A DNA stretch of 64,000 bases. Source: Amoebidium appalachense (lineage: Eukaryota; Protista; Ichthyosporea). Every line of letters starts with the position of its first letter. Within the stretch, counting starts at the first letter, position 1. The translations under genes and the position numbers were made by a program. Shown here piece after piece: positions 48,218 to 62,518 of this stretch. Location of the stretch: assembly GCA_963693365.1 (NCBI GenBank), contig CAVNZM010000013.1, positions 7,144,713-7,208,712 on the forward strand. The letters are read 5' to 3'. A model generated the notes under the pieces. That model did no database searches. It was not told the DNA's origin and worked only from the letters and a program-made list of their open reading frames with translations.

Positions 48218-48835
48218 ATGGCAGGCAGCATGTCAAACAAGCTTGTTTGCTTCGTTGTGGCTGGGCAAGACCACGGGGTGATGGTGAGCGTCACCGGCCT
48301 AACCTACACGCAAGTGCTTGCGCGAGCATCGGTTGTGCTCGACATGGAAGCCAAATGTGCATACGATGCATATGGAAACATCTACTCGGAGGAAAATGTG
48401 GAAAAGATAGCGCACGGGAGCATGCTCTACTTCTCTCATACCGAGTTTACATCTCACCAAAGCACCGATAACACCAGCAGCATTTTGCAATCCCGCCTCA
48501 GCGCAAAAGTGGACAAATTTGTTTTTTCCCTCGGCCCCAACCCCGACGTGTTTTCTGAATGGCGTATGCTTGCAAACGAGCTTCGCTCAGCCATAATTCG
48601 CCATGTTCCCAGAAACGTAAGCATCCAAGAATACGTGAAGGAGTTTGTAACCCCACTTGGCACCGTTTCAGAGACCTACAACGATGCTTCTTCCCTTCCT
48701 ATCTCCGACCCTTACGCACAACATTGCTTTTGGAAGCTGCTGAACTCTGTTGCTGACTACCAACGTCAAACGGAGGAGTGCCGACTTTACGTTCAAGCGT
48801 GCGATATCCAACGTCGTGTGGCCATGGGCGCATAG
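48218..48835 (+). CDS. Hypothetical protein with an N-terminal KHA/doublecortin-like (ubiquitin-like) domain, intronless
   Basis: 205-aa ORF in non-repetitive DNA with an AAAATGG start context. GVMVSVTG..YTQVLARASVVL..EAKCAYDAYG....VEKIAHGSMLYFS resembles the KCTD9-type KHA pattern. Confidence 0.65.
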   Translation: MAGSMSNKLVCFVVAGQDHGVMVSVTGLTYTQVLARASVVLDMEAKCAYDAYGNIYSEENVEKIAHGSMLYFSHTEFTSHQSTDNTSSILQSRLSAKVDKFVFSLGPNPDVFSEWRMLANELRSAIIRHVPRNVSIQEYVKEFVTPLGTVSETYNDASSLPISDPYAQHCFWKLLNSVADYQRQTEECRLYVQACDIQRRVAMGA

Positions 48836-51511
48836 TAAAGTAATTATTTCTGCAATGGCTCGAGTGAGTGGTTTATGAGCTTTCAGGCACCGTGCATGCA
48901 TCAGACAGTTTACGAGTCTGGAATCAAGAGCATCATTTGTACTAATATGTGTGCTGGTTTCTAGCTATTGGTAACTGTCTATTGCACCAGTTGTTTTATT
49001 TTCAATAGAAAAGGATTCGAGTGAATGACTGTATATTTTGTGTAATAGTTCGCCAATGGATTTGCCAGCATCACATAGTGCTCCCTGGAAATTTAGTTTC
49101 TCCAAGTTCAGCACGCGTTCCTGCAGATGCAACATATCTGTTATGTTACCGTAGAATTCCTTATTTCAGCTCCAAAAAATTGGCTGGGCTGATGGGAAAG
49201 TACGCTCTTGAGGAACACTTAACGAATAAAAGATGTCAGCAATCAGTACCATTTGTTGGGAGTCAAAGTTTGTTGGGAACTCTGTAATACCCCTCACGGT
49301 GTGCAAAGAAACGATTGAGAACGTTTGAAACGTGATAAATAAGAAAAATTGATTTCCAGGCCACGTGAACTTTCTGAGCACCAGCAGTGAGTGTGCACTT
49401 TACATCTTTTAGTAAAGCCTCATATTTGTCCCCTCCTTATCTTCATACCATCTCACGCCTGTTCATTCCCCATCTCCATGCACCCACACATTCACACATT
49501 CAACTTGCTGTTGAAGCAAACAATATCGGCTTAAGCATGTGTGCGCACGCGCATATACACACGCATGCATATGCACACACGCACGCACGCACGTGCATCC
49601 ACGCAAGCTGGTGCACTCTAAGGAATTCGGCAGGAATACTCTCCCCCCCCCCCCCCCCCCCCCCAAACACACACACACACACCCAGGTCTTCATCAATCC
49701 CTTAAGGGCTTCTTGGTGCCCCAATCACGGATTAAGCTGAAATATGCCGATTATGCATTTAAGACAGCCATGTCCGCGGCGCCGGCAGCAGCGGTGGCGG
49801 CGGACGGGGAGGGATAGGAGGGGAGCTTTAATTTCTACGTTAAGTGAGCCAAGGGTTAGGGGGAGACGTAGCCTATTAGGAGACATGTACGGATTTTGCG
49901 GGGGGGGGAGGGAGGGGGGGGGGGGGGGGGGGGGGCGAGAGCGCAACTTGTTGGGGGGGAGGTGGGGAGGGGGGGGAGGGAAGCTAGAGAGAGAGAGGGA
50001 GAGCCCTAGGACTGTTTGCCTACGGTAACCATGCCAGCACTTACGGCGAAGAAGGACCGGGGGGGGGGGGGGGGGGGGGAGGGGGGGGTTAGCCTCTGCA
50101 AGTGTCTTGTACGTGCCGACTCGGCCACTGGTTGAAAAGGCGTTCGCAGGGGGCAAGTGGGGGGGGGAGAGGGCGGGAATTTCAGGCAAGCTTCAGACTA
50201 CCCTGAAACAGGGGATAAGGTCGGTAGTTTCGCAGGGCATGCTACTCGAGCGGTTTCAAACAGGAAGTGAGGGTGAACAAAGATACTTTCGTGTTTCGGG
50301 GGGGAGGGGGGGGGGGGAGGGGGGAGGAAGGGGGGAAAGGGGGAGGGAGGGGAGGGGGGGACCACAGACAGAATAAAATGCCTTCAATAAAGACTGACGG
50401 TGACGAGCTACATGCCGTGCACATTCATGCCTATTTGCAAGTGTACTTGTTTGATGCATAAACCAAAAAGGGGGAAAAAAGGCAAAATCAAGGCGGGAAG
50501 GAGGTTGGCGGGGGTGGGGGGAAAGAATGGGGAAAGAGGGGGGGGGGGGGGGGGGGGTTACACCAATATTAGTGTTTAGTGTAAGTAGTGTTTTTTTACA
50601 GGGGGAAGCCTGGCATGTTTAGTTTAAGAGATGAAAACGTTGTTTCAAGACGTCCTACTTATGATTCCAAGCCTGCGATTGAGCAGCTTCTTCAAGCACT
50701 CTATCATTTGCCTGCAGGGGATATTGGTTACTCAAGATATAACTGTTATATCTCGTTCTTAATATAGATACATTGCCGGAACATGGTATCAAACGGGTAA
50801 GCGTTGGGGTTTGGGTTGAAAAGAAAAGGACTTTTTGAAAGATTCCGAGTTTCTATTTTGTCCACCCGAAGGAGGGGGGCCGGGGAAAAAAAGGGGGGGG
50901 GGGATACATGTGTGTGCACGCGAAGTTCCTGAGTGTGTTCGTGTATGTGTGCATATGAGAATGTGCGCTGCACTGCACTAAATTAATGTAGGTTTGTGCC
51001 CTAAAAAGAAAAAAAAAAAAAAAAAGAAAAGAGGCCCCCCGGGGGGAAGGGGGGAAGGGAGGTTGGGGGGGGGGGGGGGGGGGGGGGGGGGACGGGCATG
51101 GTGCCGCATTTTTGCACGAGCACACGCGCACACATCATACACACACACTTTTTCGTTTGTATTGGGCTCTCCCGGACATGCTCGTGCACACATAAGCCGC
51201 ATGCAATAAAGGCTGAGCGCCCAAAATTTCCATGCTCACTTTCTTCGGCATATGTTGCTATGCATTGCGCACAAACTGTTGAAAAAATACACACACGCGC
51301 GCGCATGCGTGCGCACACACATACACACGTGCGCACGCACGCACATACGCACTCACTCGCGCACGCATGCATGCACGCACGCAAGCATCCACGGATGCCG
51401 CACACGCACACACGCACACACACGCACAGACAGGGAAACACACACACACATGTGTGTTATATGGATCTACCGTTGCTAGGCCCAAATCATCAAGTGTTTG
51501 TATGCGAGACG

Positions 51512-51546
<35 letters not shown>

Positions 51547-51760
51547 GGGGGAGGGGGGGGGAGGCCCGGGAGGGGGAGAAGGGGAGGTCATGGGGTTTGC
51601 ATGGACCATCAATCATGTTGTAGACTATCAGTGATGGTGTTGACCGAAGCCCCCATCTGGTTGGTTGATTAAAGCAGTAGCGGCTAGAACTGATATTAGG
51701 TACAATATTGTTTTTCTCACCAACCGGACTGGCCGCTTGAACAACGTTACCACGGCATTA

Positions 51761-51986
51761 GGGTATATGAACTCCGCACCTACACATATCCGGTATATAA
51801 CCCCATCTGCATCGGCATATAAACCCGCACCTACACGGGTATGTAAATCCGGTATATAACCCCATCTACATGGGCATATAAACCCGCACCTACACGGGTA
51901 TAAAACCCCCACCTACACGGGTATATAATCCCCACCTACTCAGGCATAAAACCCCACCTGCACAGGTATATAAGCCCTCACCTACA
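51761..51986. repeat. Degenerate ~21-bp minisatellite (GGGTATAAAACCCCCACCTACAC-like), roughly 10 units
   Basis: Recurring GG(G/C)ATATAAACCC(G/C)CACCTACA units. Confidence 0.85.
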
Positions 51987-52279
51987 TGTGGACGAGACGG
52001 TCCATTTCCCCTGTGGGCGGCCCCTTTCCCGTAAGGGTAATTTTTCGGCGTCTGCGAGAATGATTGGGTCGGGGCGGGAAGAGACAGAAAGGGGGAGAAT
52101 TGGGGGATGGGGGGGGTAACATTGTTGTCCAACCGGCAACATTTTGTATTGGACTGAATATAAACTTGTTACTTGTGCTGCTGTCGGAGATTGAGCCGTG
52201 AGGCTGTATTTCCCTTGTATCTGCATGTGTGCGTGTGTGTATCTGTGTGTGTGTCGCGGTGTGTGTGTATCTGTGTGTA

Positions 52280-52325
<46 letters not shown>

Positions 52326-52326
52326 C

Positions 52327-52366
<40 letters not shown>

Positions 52367-52585
52367 TTGTGTATTTTTTTTTTTGTGTGTGTGTGTGTGC
52401 GCGCGCGCGGTGTGTGCGTGTGTACATGTGTCTCCATGTGCATGTATGTGCTGTGATTGGGTGGGCCACGGGTTTGGAGAGGGCCCCAGAAGGGGGGGAG
52501 GGGGGGGGAGGGGGGGGGGGGGGGGGGGGGGAGGGGGGGGGGAGGACGGGTATGGCCCTGGCACATGAGAACACAATTGAAGCTG

Positions 52586-52621
<36 letters not shown>

Positions 52622-52941
52622 ACACACACACACACGTTTCCCTGTTGCAAACTCCCAAAGACATGCTTGCACACATCCGCATGAAATTTAGAACAGGCTA
52701 TCAAGCACCAATTATCGCCATGATCACTTTCCTCGGCATAGACTAAGGTGACTATGTGTGACGGGGCACAAAAACACATTTCAAAAACAACGCACACGTG
52801 ACCGTCCACACACGTGCGCGCGACACACGCACACACGGCGTAACGGCCGATGCATCGTGGCCTTTCAGACACACACACAGATTTGAGGGGGTTCCTGGGG
52901 GTGGAGGGGGTGGGGGTGGGTGGGTGGGTGGGTCGGGGGGG

Positions 52942-52973
<32 letters not shown>

Positions 52974-53074
52974 TGGGGAGGGGGGGGGGGGAGGGGATGG
53001 GGTGTACAATAATGACAAGAGTTGAAAGGTGTACATACTGTGCTGCGACAGGCTCCACAGCGGTTGAGCGATCT

Positions 53075-53109
<35 letters not shown>

Positions 53110-53938
53110 GGACCCTCCCCCCAACCTTCCGTTCTCTAAACCAACCGTAAAACTTTGAACACACAAACGAACCTGCAAAAAGAAATAGTGGGTCGGGAAG
53201 GGAAGAGAGAAGACGGCGGGGTAAGGGAGGGGGAGAGGGGGGCACCGGGGTGGGGGGTGGGGTGGGTGGGTGGGTGGGTGTGTGTGTGTGTGTGTGTGTG
53301 TGGGGGGGGGAGGGGGGGGGGGGGGGGGGGGGGGGGGCATAAATATTATTGCCCAACGAACGGCAGTTTGCTTCGGGCTTGATACAATTCGTCACCAATA
53401 GTTGTGTCTGCCACTATAGTATGTTCTGGGTGTGTATGTTTGTGTGTGTGTGTGGGGGGGGGGGGGGGGGGAAGGGGGCCCCGGGAGGGCGGGAGGGGGG
53501 GGGGGAAGGGGAGGGGGTGTGTCTGTGTGTATCTGTCAGTGCGTGTGCATGTGGTTGGCTGGGTACGGTGCGTATGTGCATTTTATAGTGAAAGTGTTTG
53601 TGTGCATGTTGATCAGAAGAGAGAGAGTGTGTGTATGTGTGTGGGGAGGGGGGGGGGGAGGGAGGGAGAAAGGGGGGGAGGGGGGAGGTAAAGACTGTGT
53701 TTGAGTACGAAGTACATTATGACGGACAACACCATACAGACAGTGAAGCACACAAAAGTGCATGATAACAATCACTGAGCCGAGCCCATCCTTTCGGGGG
53801 GGGGGGGGGGGGGGGGCGAGGGCGAAAGGGGAGGGGAGGGGGGGGGGGGGGAGCTCAAAGTTGGAAGTGGGTGAGTGAGGGTATAAGAAGGAGGAAGGGG
53901 GGTTGTGGGTGTGGAAGAATTCGGAGAACTTGGCATGT

Positions 53939-54012
<74 letters not shown>

Positions 54013-54394
54013 TAGGGTGGTGGTGCCGGAAGGGGAGAGGGGGGGAGGGGGGGGGAGGGAGACCAACACTCTAGGGTAAATATGATGCACGGTGACCCAG
54101 TCACTGTCACTGTCTAGAGTTCTATTTGCAACTAAATAATATCATGTCATAGCGCCCATAAGGGTTTGCACACGCCTAAGTACTGTGCAAGCAACTTGAA
54201 CTCTAAGCAACCAAGAAGCCTTAAGGGCAAAACGAAGCCATGTTTTGCAGCCCAGTTACTTATGGCCTAAATTTTCCATTCATCACAGGCAAAGTTTGGC
54301 CTGTTATATCCTCTAGCCCTGTCTGGGTAACGTTTATTACTTATTGGCTAATAAATATATTCAAGACCTTAGGCGACCTACCAACAAGAAGTAC

Positions 54395-54922
54395 TTATGG
54401 GGCAGTGTATGGGGGACCGCAAAGATAGTCCATGAGATCCCCTACCGGGTGAGGGAAGCACCCCTGTTCGTCACTCGTTGGGCATCCCGCCTGGCTGTTA
54501 AGCGACAGGTCGAGAGTGCCATTGAGAAAGTTGGTGGGGCATGCCTCACCCGCCTTACCAAGAGGTTTGCAACCAATGATCTCAATATCGAGATTGTCCG
54601 CAAAAGTGGAATTGTAAACGCCCTCAAGGTAGCTGTCCTTTCCGCAGGCCTCGTCAGAGCGGTTTTTTGAGAGGTAAAAGTCAAAAGTGCCGTTACCGAT
54701 CACAGAGAGACCAGTGAGGTTGGTGTACAGGCGGCACTCGGACGAGGTATCGTTGTCACTGCTTACAACCTGGAAGGCAACACATTCATGGTTTTCGTTA
54801 CACGCCATTGCGCACGAGCTTACGGACCACTCAGTGGTGTTAGTACCGTTTGTGGTGTGGTTCCCACCCTCACCATGCATGCCCACCTCCATCCCCATAA
54901 CCTCAGACTCGCCCTCCGTCAT
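54395..54922 (-). CDS. Extracellular Cys-rich protein segment with a PAN/apple-like domain (probably the last exon of a larger gene)
   Basis: SVSSCAMACNENHECVAFQV...SECRLY pattern, many N-x-S/T sequons and further cysteines. No signal peptide is visible. Confidence 0.6.
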   Translation of the reverse strand: MTEGESEVMGMEVGMHGEGGNHTTNGTNTTEWSVSSCAMACNENHECVAFQVVSSDNDTSSECRLYTNLTGLSVIGNGTFDFYLSKNRSDEACGKDSYLEGVYNSTFADNLDIEIIGCKPLGKAGEACPTNFLNGTLDLSLNSQAGCPTSDEQGCFPHPVGDLMDYLCGPPYTAP

Positions 54923-55345
54923 GTTTGTTCCATTGGGGGGGGGGGGGGCATTTGAAGGAAAGAGAAGAAATCAAACCCCCCCCCTCCCCCCCGGAAGGGG
55001 ATTGTTGAAGGAAAGAGAAGAATACGACCCCCCCCCCCCTCTCCCCCTGCACACCTCTTGTGTCTTTTGTGGATGTTTAGTTATTCGTTGAATATTTGTA
55101 TTCACACTGTGTAGCGCAGGGGGTGAGAGGGGGGGGGGGGGGGTATGTCTTGTGAAGCCCGATGTCTCCAAACACCCCTCACCCTCCCCGTGCCAGGATA
55201 TGCTGCACCACCTAAGCTGTGTCGATCTAGTATCTCTGTCTTTCTCCCTTGCTCACTCCTGCCCTCCCTCGCTCCCCCCCCCCCCCCCCCTCCCCCCCCC
55301 CCCCCCCCCCCCCCCCCCTCCCCCTCTCCATTTATACCTGCACAG

Positions 55346-56293
55346 GTTGACGATGTCAAGGAGTTTGCGACGGGCAACCAGATGGTGATCAAGATGGTAG
55401 TGTACTACAACAGAGGCGTGAGGGAGCGCCTGTTCCTGAGGGAGCTCTTTGCCCCCTTGGTCGGTGAGGTCCTGAAGACGGACATCAGCATCAACGCAAA
55501 CCCCATCGGTATGCATGTGTGTCTGTGTGTGTATTTGTGAGTGGGTGGGTTGGTGTGGGTGAGTAGGTGTATTGGTGTGTAACCTTGTGTATTTGTGTGC
55601 GTTTGCGTGCACGCGTTGTTGCCTGTCTGGCTGACTGCCTGATTGCCTGCCTGCCTGCCTGCCTGCCTGTCTTGGTCCCTGTGCGTGGCGGGTGCGTGCG
55701 TGCTTGCTTCCTCGCATCTGTTCGTGTGTGTGTGCCACTTTCTTGCGATATGTGTGGTTTGCAGTCATTTGCTTTAACATTGCATACTTGCTTTGAGATA
55801 ACTAAGTATTGCCCCCTCCCCCCCCCCCCCCCCTCCCCCCCCCCCCTCCCCCCTCCCCCCCCTCCTGTTCAGACATCTACAAGAAGTGGATCTCGCAGAC
55901 GGAGGTGGAGACCGGCAAGCCGTCGGAGCTGCCGTACGACGTGCCTGTGCCCGAAGCGCTCAAGCACGAGGTGGTCAAGAAGACATTCGATGAGCGCCTG
56001 CAGAACATCATGGCCATCACGGATAAGTAGGGTCCTTGCATGGGCATGGATGCGCAAAGACAGGCATGACGTGCGGGGAGAGAGGGAGAGGGAGAGGGAG
56101 GGGACGTGTGTGCGTGTGGGGTGGGGGGGGTTGGGGGAGGGGGAGTGTGTGTGTGAAAGAGAGAGGGAACAGCTGGTATGCTTTTCATAGCATTTCCCAT
56201 AGTATTTGCTCCGAGGATTTTCAGATACAGGCACCTACGTTTGTACACATCCTGGATACCCACCCGCACAGAAATTGCATGTAAGCACGTGAG

Positions 56294-56335
<42 letters not shown>

Positions 56336-56381
56336 ACACACACACAAGCAGAGGCACAGCCTACACACACGCGCACGCGCG

Positions 56382-56472
<91 letters not shown>

Positions 56473-57071
56473 GCTCACTCACTCACACTTACTCGCTCAC
56501 ACCTCTAACCATCAATTTCAATGCCACACACCACCAGATTCCTTGGTGCCATCTGTGGATCCACCGACAAACTTCCTTACGGCATTCGGGCCATTGCCAT
56601 GGACATGCGCACACTGCTGACTAAGAAGTTCCCATCGGCACCTAGTGACGACATTGTGAAGGTCATCGGAAACCTCATCTTCTTCAGGTTAATAATATAC
56701 CCCTCCCCCCCCCCCCCCCCCCCCCCCCCCCGCTTAAACACAGACACATACGCACACACACGCACACACACAACACGCCCAGCCCGTTTTTCTTGCTTGA
56801 TGCTTACTGCTGCAGCGCTATTTATAAGTGTCCCTGCACGTCTTTCATCAAGACATGCGACCCAACGTTTTCAAGTGAAGTGGTCTCTAATATTAGGTTG
56901 GGGTTCGCATGCGAGGTGAGGAGTCGATACTCGGGTACTGTGGATGACTGGGCCCCCCTTGGACCCTTGAGCAGGATGGGATTATACGTATAATCAATGG
57001 TGTGCCCTTGTTTGCAGATTCTGCATTGTGTTGCACAGCGTGTGTATACTTTGTTTCACTGCAATGTGCCT

Positions 57072-57104
<33 letters not shown>

Positions 57105-57452
57105 CTGAAAATTGGAAAGCCACCGGCCTTGTTGACAAATAGTTGTGTTTTATCTAGCCTATGGAAAGGCCTGCATTTTTTCCTCATATGGGTATGCATG
57201 CTGCAAACTCATTGGGTGTGGTACAGATACATGAATCCGGCCATTGTGTCGCCCGATGCATTTGATGTGATCGAGGCATCGGCGTCAAGTTTGATTTCTC
57301 CGGAGCAACGCAGAAACCTGGGTATGTGCAAAGAATTATTTTGGGTGGGATGGGGGTTATTTCCCGGCACTGGGTGGGTGATTATCGTTTTTTGTTTTTG
57401 TTTTTGTTTTTGTTTTTGTTTTTGTTTTTGTTTTTGAAGAGGGAGACAGAGA

Positions 57453-57491
<39 letters not shown>

Positions 57492-57613
57492 CTCACTAAT
57501 CGAACGTTTGTGGCCTGCACGTTGTGTCATGTAACAACCGGTATCAACATAGGTGTTTTCCTCCGACGTGTTTCTTGTTATGTATGTAATGGGTTCTGGC
57601 GGCAGTAACAGCT

Positions 57614-57661
<48 letters not shown>

Positions 57662-58536
57662 CGAGATCTCCAAGATCCTGCAGCTGATAGCATCCAACAA
57701 GCGGTTTGATGAGGCCGAGCAGCCGCACCTTGAGGAGCTGAACAAGTACATTGCACGCTCATACACAAAAATAAAGGACTTCTTCATCAAGGTAAAGACT
57801 ACCCTCCCCCCCCCACACACACACACACACGTGCGCACCCATTGATTTCCGCTTTCCCACTCTGAACAACCCCCCCCCCCCCCCCCTCCCCCCCCCCCCC
57901 CCCTTTTTTTTTTTCTTCCCCATCCCTGATCCCACAATATCCCCACAGGCATCGACGACGGTGCAGCCCGAAGAGCACTTCAACATCGACCAGTATTCGG
58001 ACCTGACGCTGCTCAACAAGCCAGTCATCTACATCAGCGGCAAGGAGATCTACACCACACATGCTTTCCTCAAGCTGCACGTCGATGAGATATGCACCTC
58101 CCCAGAGGTATGCATATATCTATATATACATGTCTGTCTGTCTCTCTGTGTCTGACTGCTTCCCTCTCTCTGTTCCCCTGTCTCTCACTCTCATTTTCAA
58201 TATCGGGTTTCGCACTTGCTCACCTCACCACAGAGAACCACAGTGTTTCGCATATCAGAGCCATTCGGACGACTTTAGTTGTTTGTTCTTGGGTGCATAT
58301 GACCGTACAAACACACAGGCAAACATGCTTGAGCAGTACACACACCCCATGCACATGTTCGTTCTCTGAATACTTGGCCACAGTCGTCTCGGTTGGGTCC
58401 TAGAACGGCACCACCAACCACTCTGACAGCAAATGGTCATGTATTCTTCCTCCCCCCCCCCCCCCCCCCCCCCTCTCCTTCCCTCCCTTTAAGGGTTCTT
58501 TGGAATGAGCCTCCTAACCGTCATCCCCCCCCCCCC

Positions 58537-58584
<48 letters not shown>

Positions 58585-58894
58585 ACCCCCTGCGGCAGAT
58601 TCTGGCCGACCTTGGTGACCTCCCCGACCAGGCCAAGAGGCTCGTGGTGAGTTTATCCTATCTATGTCTATGTTGGCAACTCCCTAGGTTTCCTTGGTGT
58701 GACTATCAAGCACTTTCTCTTGAGCCTCATCATGTCAGAACATCTGAACGTGTTTATGTCATGTTGACCTCTCGCCGAAAAAGCCGACGTAGATCCTAGG
58801 GCTGCCCATGGAAAGGGGGGGAGATAGGTAGGAGGAATGAGGGAGGTGGTGTGTGACAGGCCCCCCTTTTTGTTATGTGCGCGCGTGTGTGTAA

Positions 58895-58927
<33 letters not shown>

Positions 58928-58988
58928 GCACAAGAAATGGTTTTGAGCTGGTTGTCCCCTGTGTGTGTGTGTGTGTGGGTGGGTGTGT

Positions 58989-59022
<34 letters not shown>

Positions 59023-59626
59023 CCCCCTCCCTCTCTCTTTCTCTAATGTCAAACCCCCCTTTAAGCAGTTTAGCCATACACCTTTCACATACTGAGCCCC
59101 GTCGAAACCCTTGCCTCCCCATATCTCACTTCCATTGATCTATTTCACACACACACACACACGCACACACCCACACACCCACACAGGGGGACATTGGAGG
59201 CAACGTGACGCAGTCTGGGCCCATCGGCAGTGTGCCGTCGATGAGTTCATTCATGGGTGAGGGTGAGATCATGCTCACACTCAACCCCAAGCTCAGCCTG
59301 CCCGGCCAGGACGCTGCTAGGGCACGCGCCCTCTTTGTCAAAACGAAGGTGTGTGGGGTGGAAATACACACAAACACACACACACAAACACACACACATA
59401 CACAGAGGGTACAGGGGGAGGGGGGATATGTTGGAGTGTGAAATGTAGATGTGTGCATCTTGGCCGTGTGCTTTTAAACCAGAGAGGAAAGATTGGGTCA
59501 GACACACGGTCGAGCGTGCATGCACACACATACACTTGCAGGTCACATTTTATTCTCACAGGCACAGGTCAAAGGACACAGATGTTGGCTTGTGTGTATT
59601 TGTGCCTGTGTGTGTGCCTGTGTGTG

Positions 59627-59699
<73 letters not shown>

Positions 59700-60223
59700 G
59701 TGTGTGTGTGTTGTTTGGGGAGGGAGGCTTTTGGTTGCGTAGTAGGGGTGTGTGCGTTTGCATGTGTATGGGATGGGGAAGAGGGAAGGAGAGGAGTAAC
59801 CTTATGAGCATGTGGTAGGGGCACGTGTGCATGTGTCCACGTGCTTGTTACAACAAACACGGGCCTGCTTCCTACCTTAGGGTGCACACTGACTGCGTGT
59901 GCAGGGTCAAGTGATGCAGGTGTGTTGGGCATGCTTGTCCACGTGTGTTTCTGCATGTGGCTGTCTCTACATGCTTGTGCATGTAGGTTCCTGTGTGTGC
60001 CTGTGTGTGGCTATGCCTTTCACGCACTGACACTGTGCATGCAGGGGCTAGTAGTGCAGGTGATTCAGTGCCAGCCCGGCAAGGACCTGCTGGCCATCCT
60101 GGCTAATCAGGCCACCCCAGAGCAGGAGGCCGCCCACCAGAAACACGTAGAGGTACACATATTTTCGCTGTTTATTATGTACTTGTTTGTGTATTGACTG
60201 TTTATTAATTGATTTGTTTGGGT

Positions 60224-60258
<35 letters not shown>

Positions 60259-60312
60259 GGGGGGGGGGGAGGGGAGGGGGGGGGGGGGACGAGTGGGAAT
60301 CGGGGATTGGAG

Positions 60313-60362
<50 letters not shown>

Positions 60363-61286
60363 ACATGCTGACTGTGCATGTGCAGGTGCTCAAGCAGCTG
60401 AGGGAGAAGCTGCAGAATGCCGGGCAGGAGTCCAGCAAGACCACCGAGGGCATCGCACTCATGCTGGAGCAGTCCATGTACGTGCACATGCACATGCACC
60501 CACGCACATGCACATAACCGAGCACACTGACACTGACACGTGCGCGTGCGCACACGAGCACAGCCACACGTATAGTCATACATGCCACACGCACATACAG
60601 GCATGCATACTGACCTCTATTCTCCTGTTTGCATGCGCGGCCATGAAGTATGTGTGAATGGTGGGCTTAGTGCCCCGTGTTACATGCATCTCAGAGGACG
60701 GAAAGGGAGGGGGGGGATGGGGGGAGAGAGAGAGGGGGTGGGGGTGGGGGGGGGGAGGGGGGAGGACGTGTGCGTGTTCATCATGTGTGTGTGTGTGTAT
60801 GTGTGTGTGTGCATGTGCATGTGCATGTGTTCATCTGTAGCTCATGCATGTGCACGGTGCAGGGGCACGCTTGAGGACATCAAGAAGATCATTGCAGCCG
60901 ACTGCGACATTCTGGAAAAGGCCGGCCTGGTCACTAAGGCATCGGCATACCAGGAGCTACTCAATGCCATTGCAAAGGTCCGTGTCTGTGTGTCCGCGTC
61001 GCCCAAAGGGGGGGGGAGGGGGGGGGGGGGGGGAGATGTTCTTGTTCATATTTGTGCTTTGCTTTTCTTCTGATTGTGTTTGTGTTTGAGTACCTGTGAG
61101 TGTGTCTTTCTTGGTTTTTCCTCTTTCTTTCCTTTTTTGGGGGGCATCCAGAAGCAAAACACGAACACTCGGAAATGCAACAGATCCACGCTCGCCATAC
61201 CTCATTTCACGAAACATGAAGAACCGCAACAAAGCACACAGCACAAACAAACACCCATTAACAAACCACAAGCACACTACAAGATT

Positions 61287-61319
<33 letters not shown>

Positions 61320-62479
61320 ACACACTTCCACACACACTCACACTATTGCCCCTACAGGACATTCAGAACCAGGCGGTGCAGCGCAAGCAGAGAAAGAAGG
61401 AGATCGAAAAGCTGCAGGCCACCCTAGCCAGCCTCAGAGAGAAGCACGGCTACTACGACGAGCAGATCAGCTACTACCAGAGCTACCTCAAGATATGCAT
61501 GGAGAAGATGAACGCCGGGCAGAAGCCGTACGTGTTCGTTGTTCGTTTGTTTGACATGAGCATTATCGCCGTGTTTTTCCTTCTTTTTCTTTGCTTTTTT
61601 TGTTGCGTGTTCCTGTTTTAACACGTGTCTGCTTCTTCTTTTTCCGTTTACCAGTACAACCATGTGTGCTGGCTTCTCCTGTTTGCTTTTTTCTTTACGT
61701 TTTACCATCCCACATGTATGTTCCTCTCCTTTCTGTCATGCCACTAGTAGGTGTTCTTTCGTCTTTAGCTTTGTTTTTATACCATTCCCACGTATTGTTC
61801 TGAGGTTTAGTTTTTAACACAGATACGTGAGTTATATCCTGTCTTCGTCTCAACCGGTTTGAAGGTCAACGTCGTGCATTTCGCAGTGTGGCATCAGCAT
61901 GATGTAACCTCTACTATATAGACTTACGATCATTTATTGTCTTTGCCCATACGTGGCGCAATCTTCATTTCCCATAAATTGGGCACATGCCACACACACA
62001 CACACACTCACTCACACACACACACACACACACACACAGGCACACAGGCACGCACGCACGCACGCACGCACGCATGCATGCATGCGCGCGCGCGCGCGCC
62101 AAAACGAAAATGGATGGATGGATGCATGTTTAGGGGTTAAATGCCAACACACATTTACCTTTGCAGGAAGAAGCCGCTCAAGTCGATGTTGAGCATGAAG
62201 TCACAGAAGCCAGCCAATGCCCAGTTTGGCTCCCACAAGGTGTCGGCCAAAAAGCTCTACAAGGAGGGCGTGCTGATTGGCATCGAGGGCGTCAACACGG
62301 CTATGTATGCACAAACACACACATAAATTCGTACACAAAGACAATACAAAACACATGCACACACGTGTGCCCACGGACGCATAGACACGCATGCTTGCGC
62401 GTACACCATCGTGCAAACACACAGGCGAATATGTACACACATACACACACACACACTCACTCACTCACTCACTCAAACA

Positions 62480-62518
<39 letters not shown>

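Noticed and set aside
51761-51986. ~21-bp repeat as a CRISPR array or coding repeat
   Set aside because: Degenerate head-to-tail minisatellite without unique spacers or a convincing ORF.
54344-54670. Plus-strand 108-aa ORF as an upstream IQGAP exon
   Set aside because: No IQGAP similarity; it is the antisense of the PAN-domain segment.
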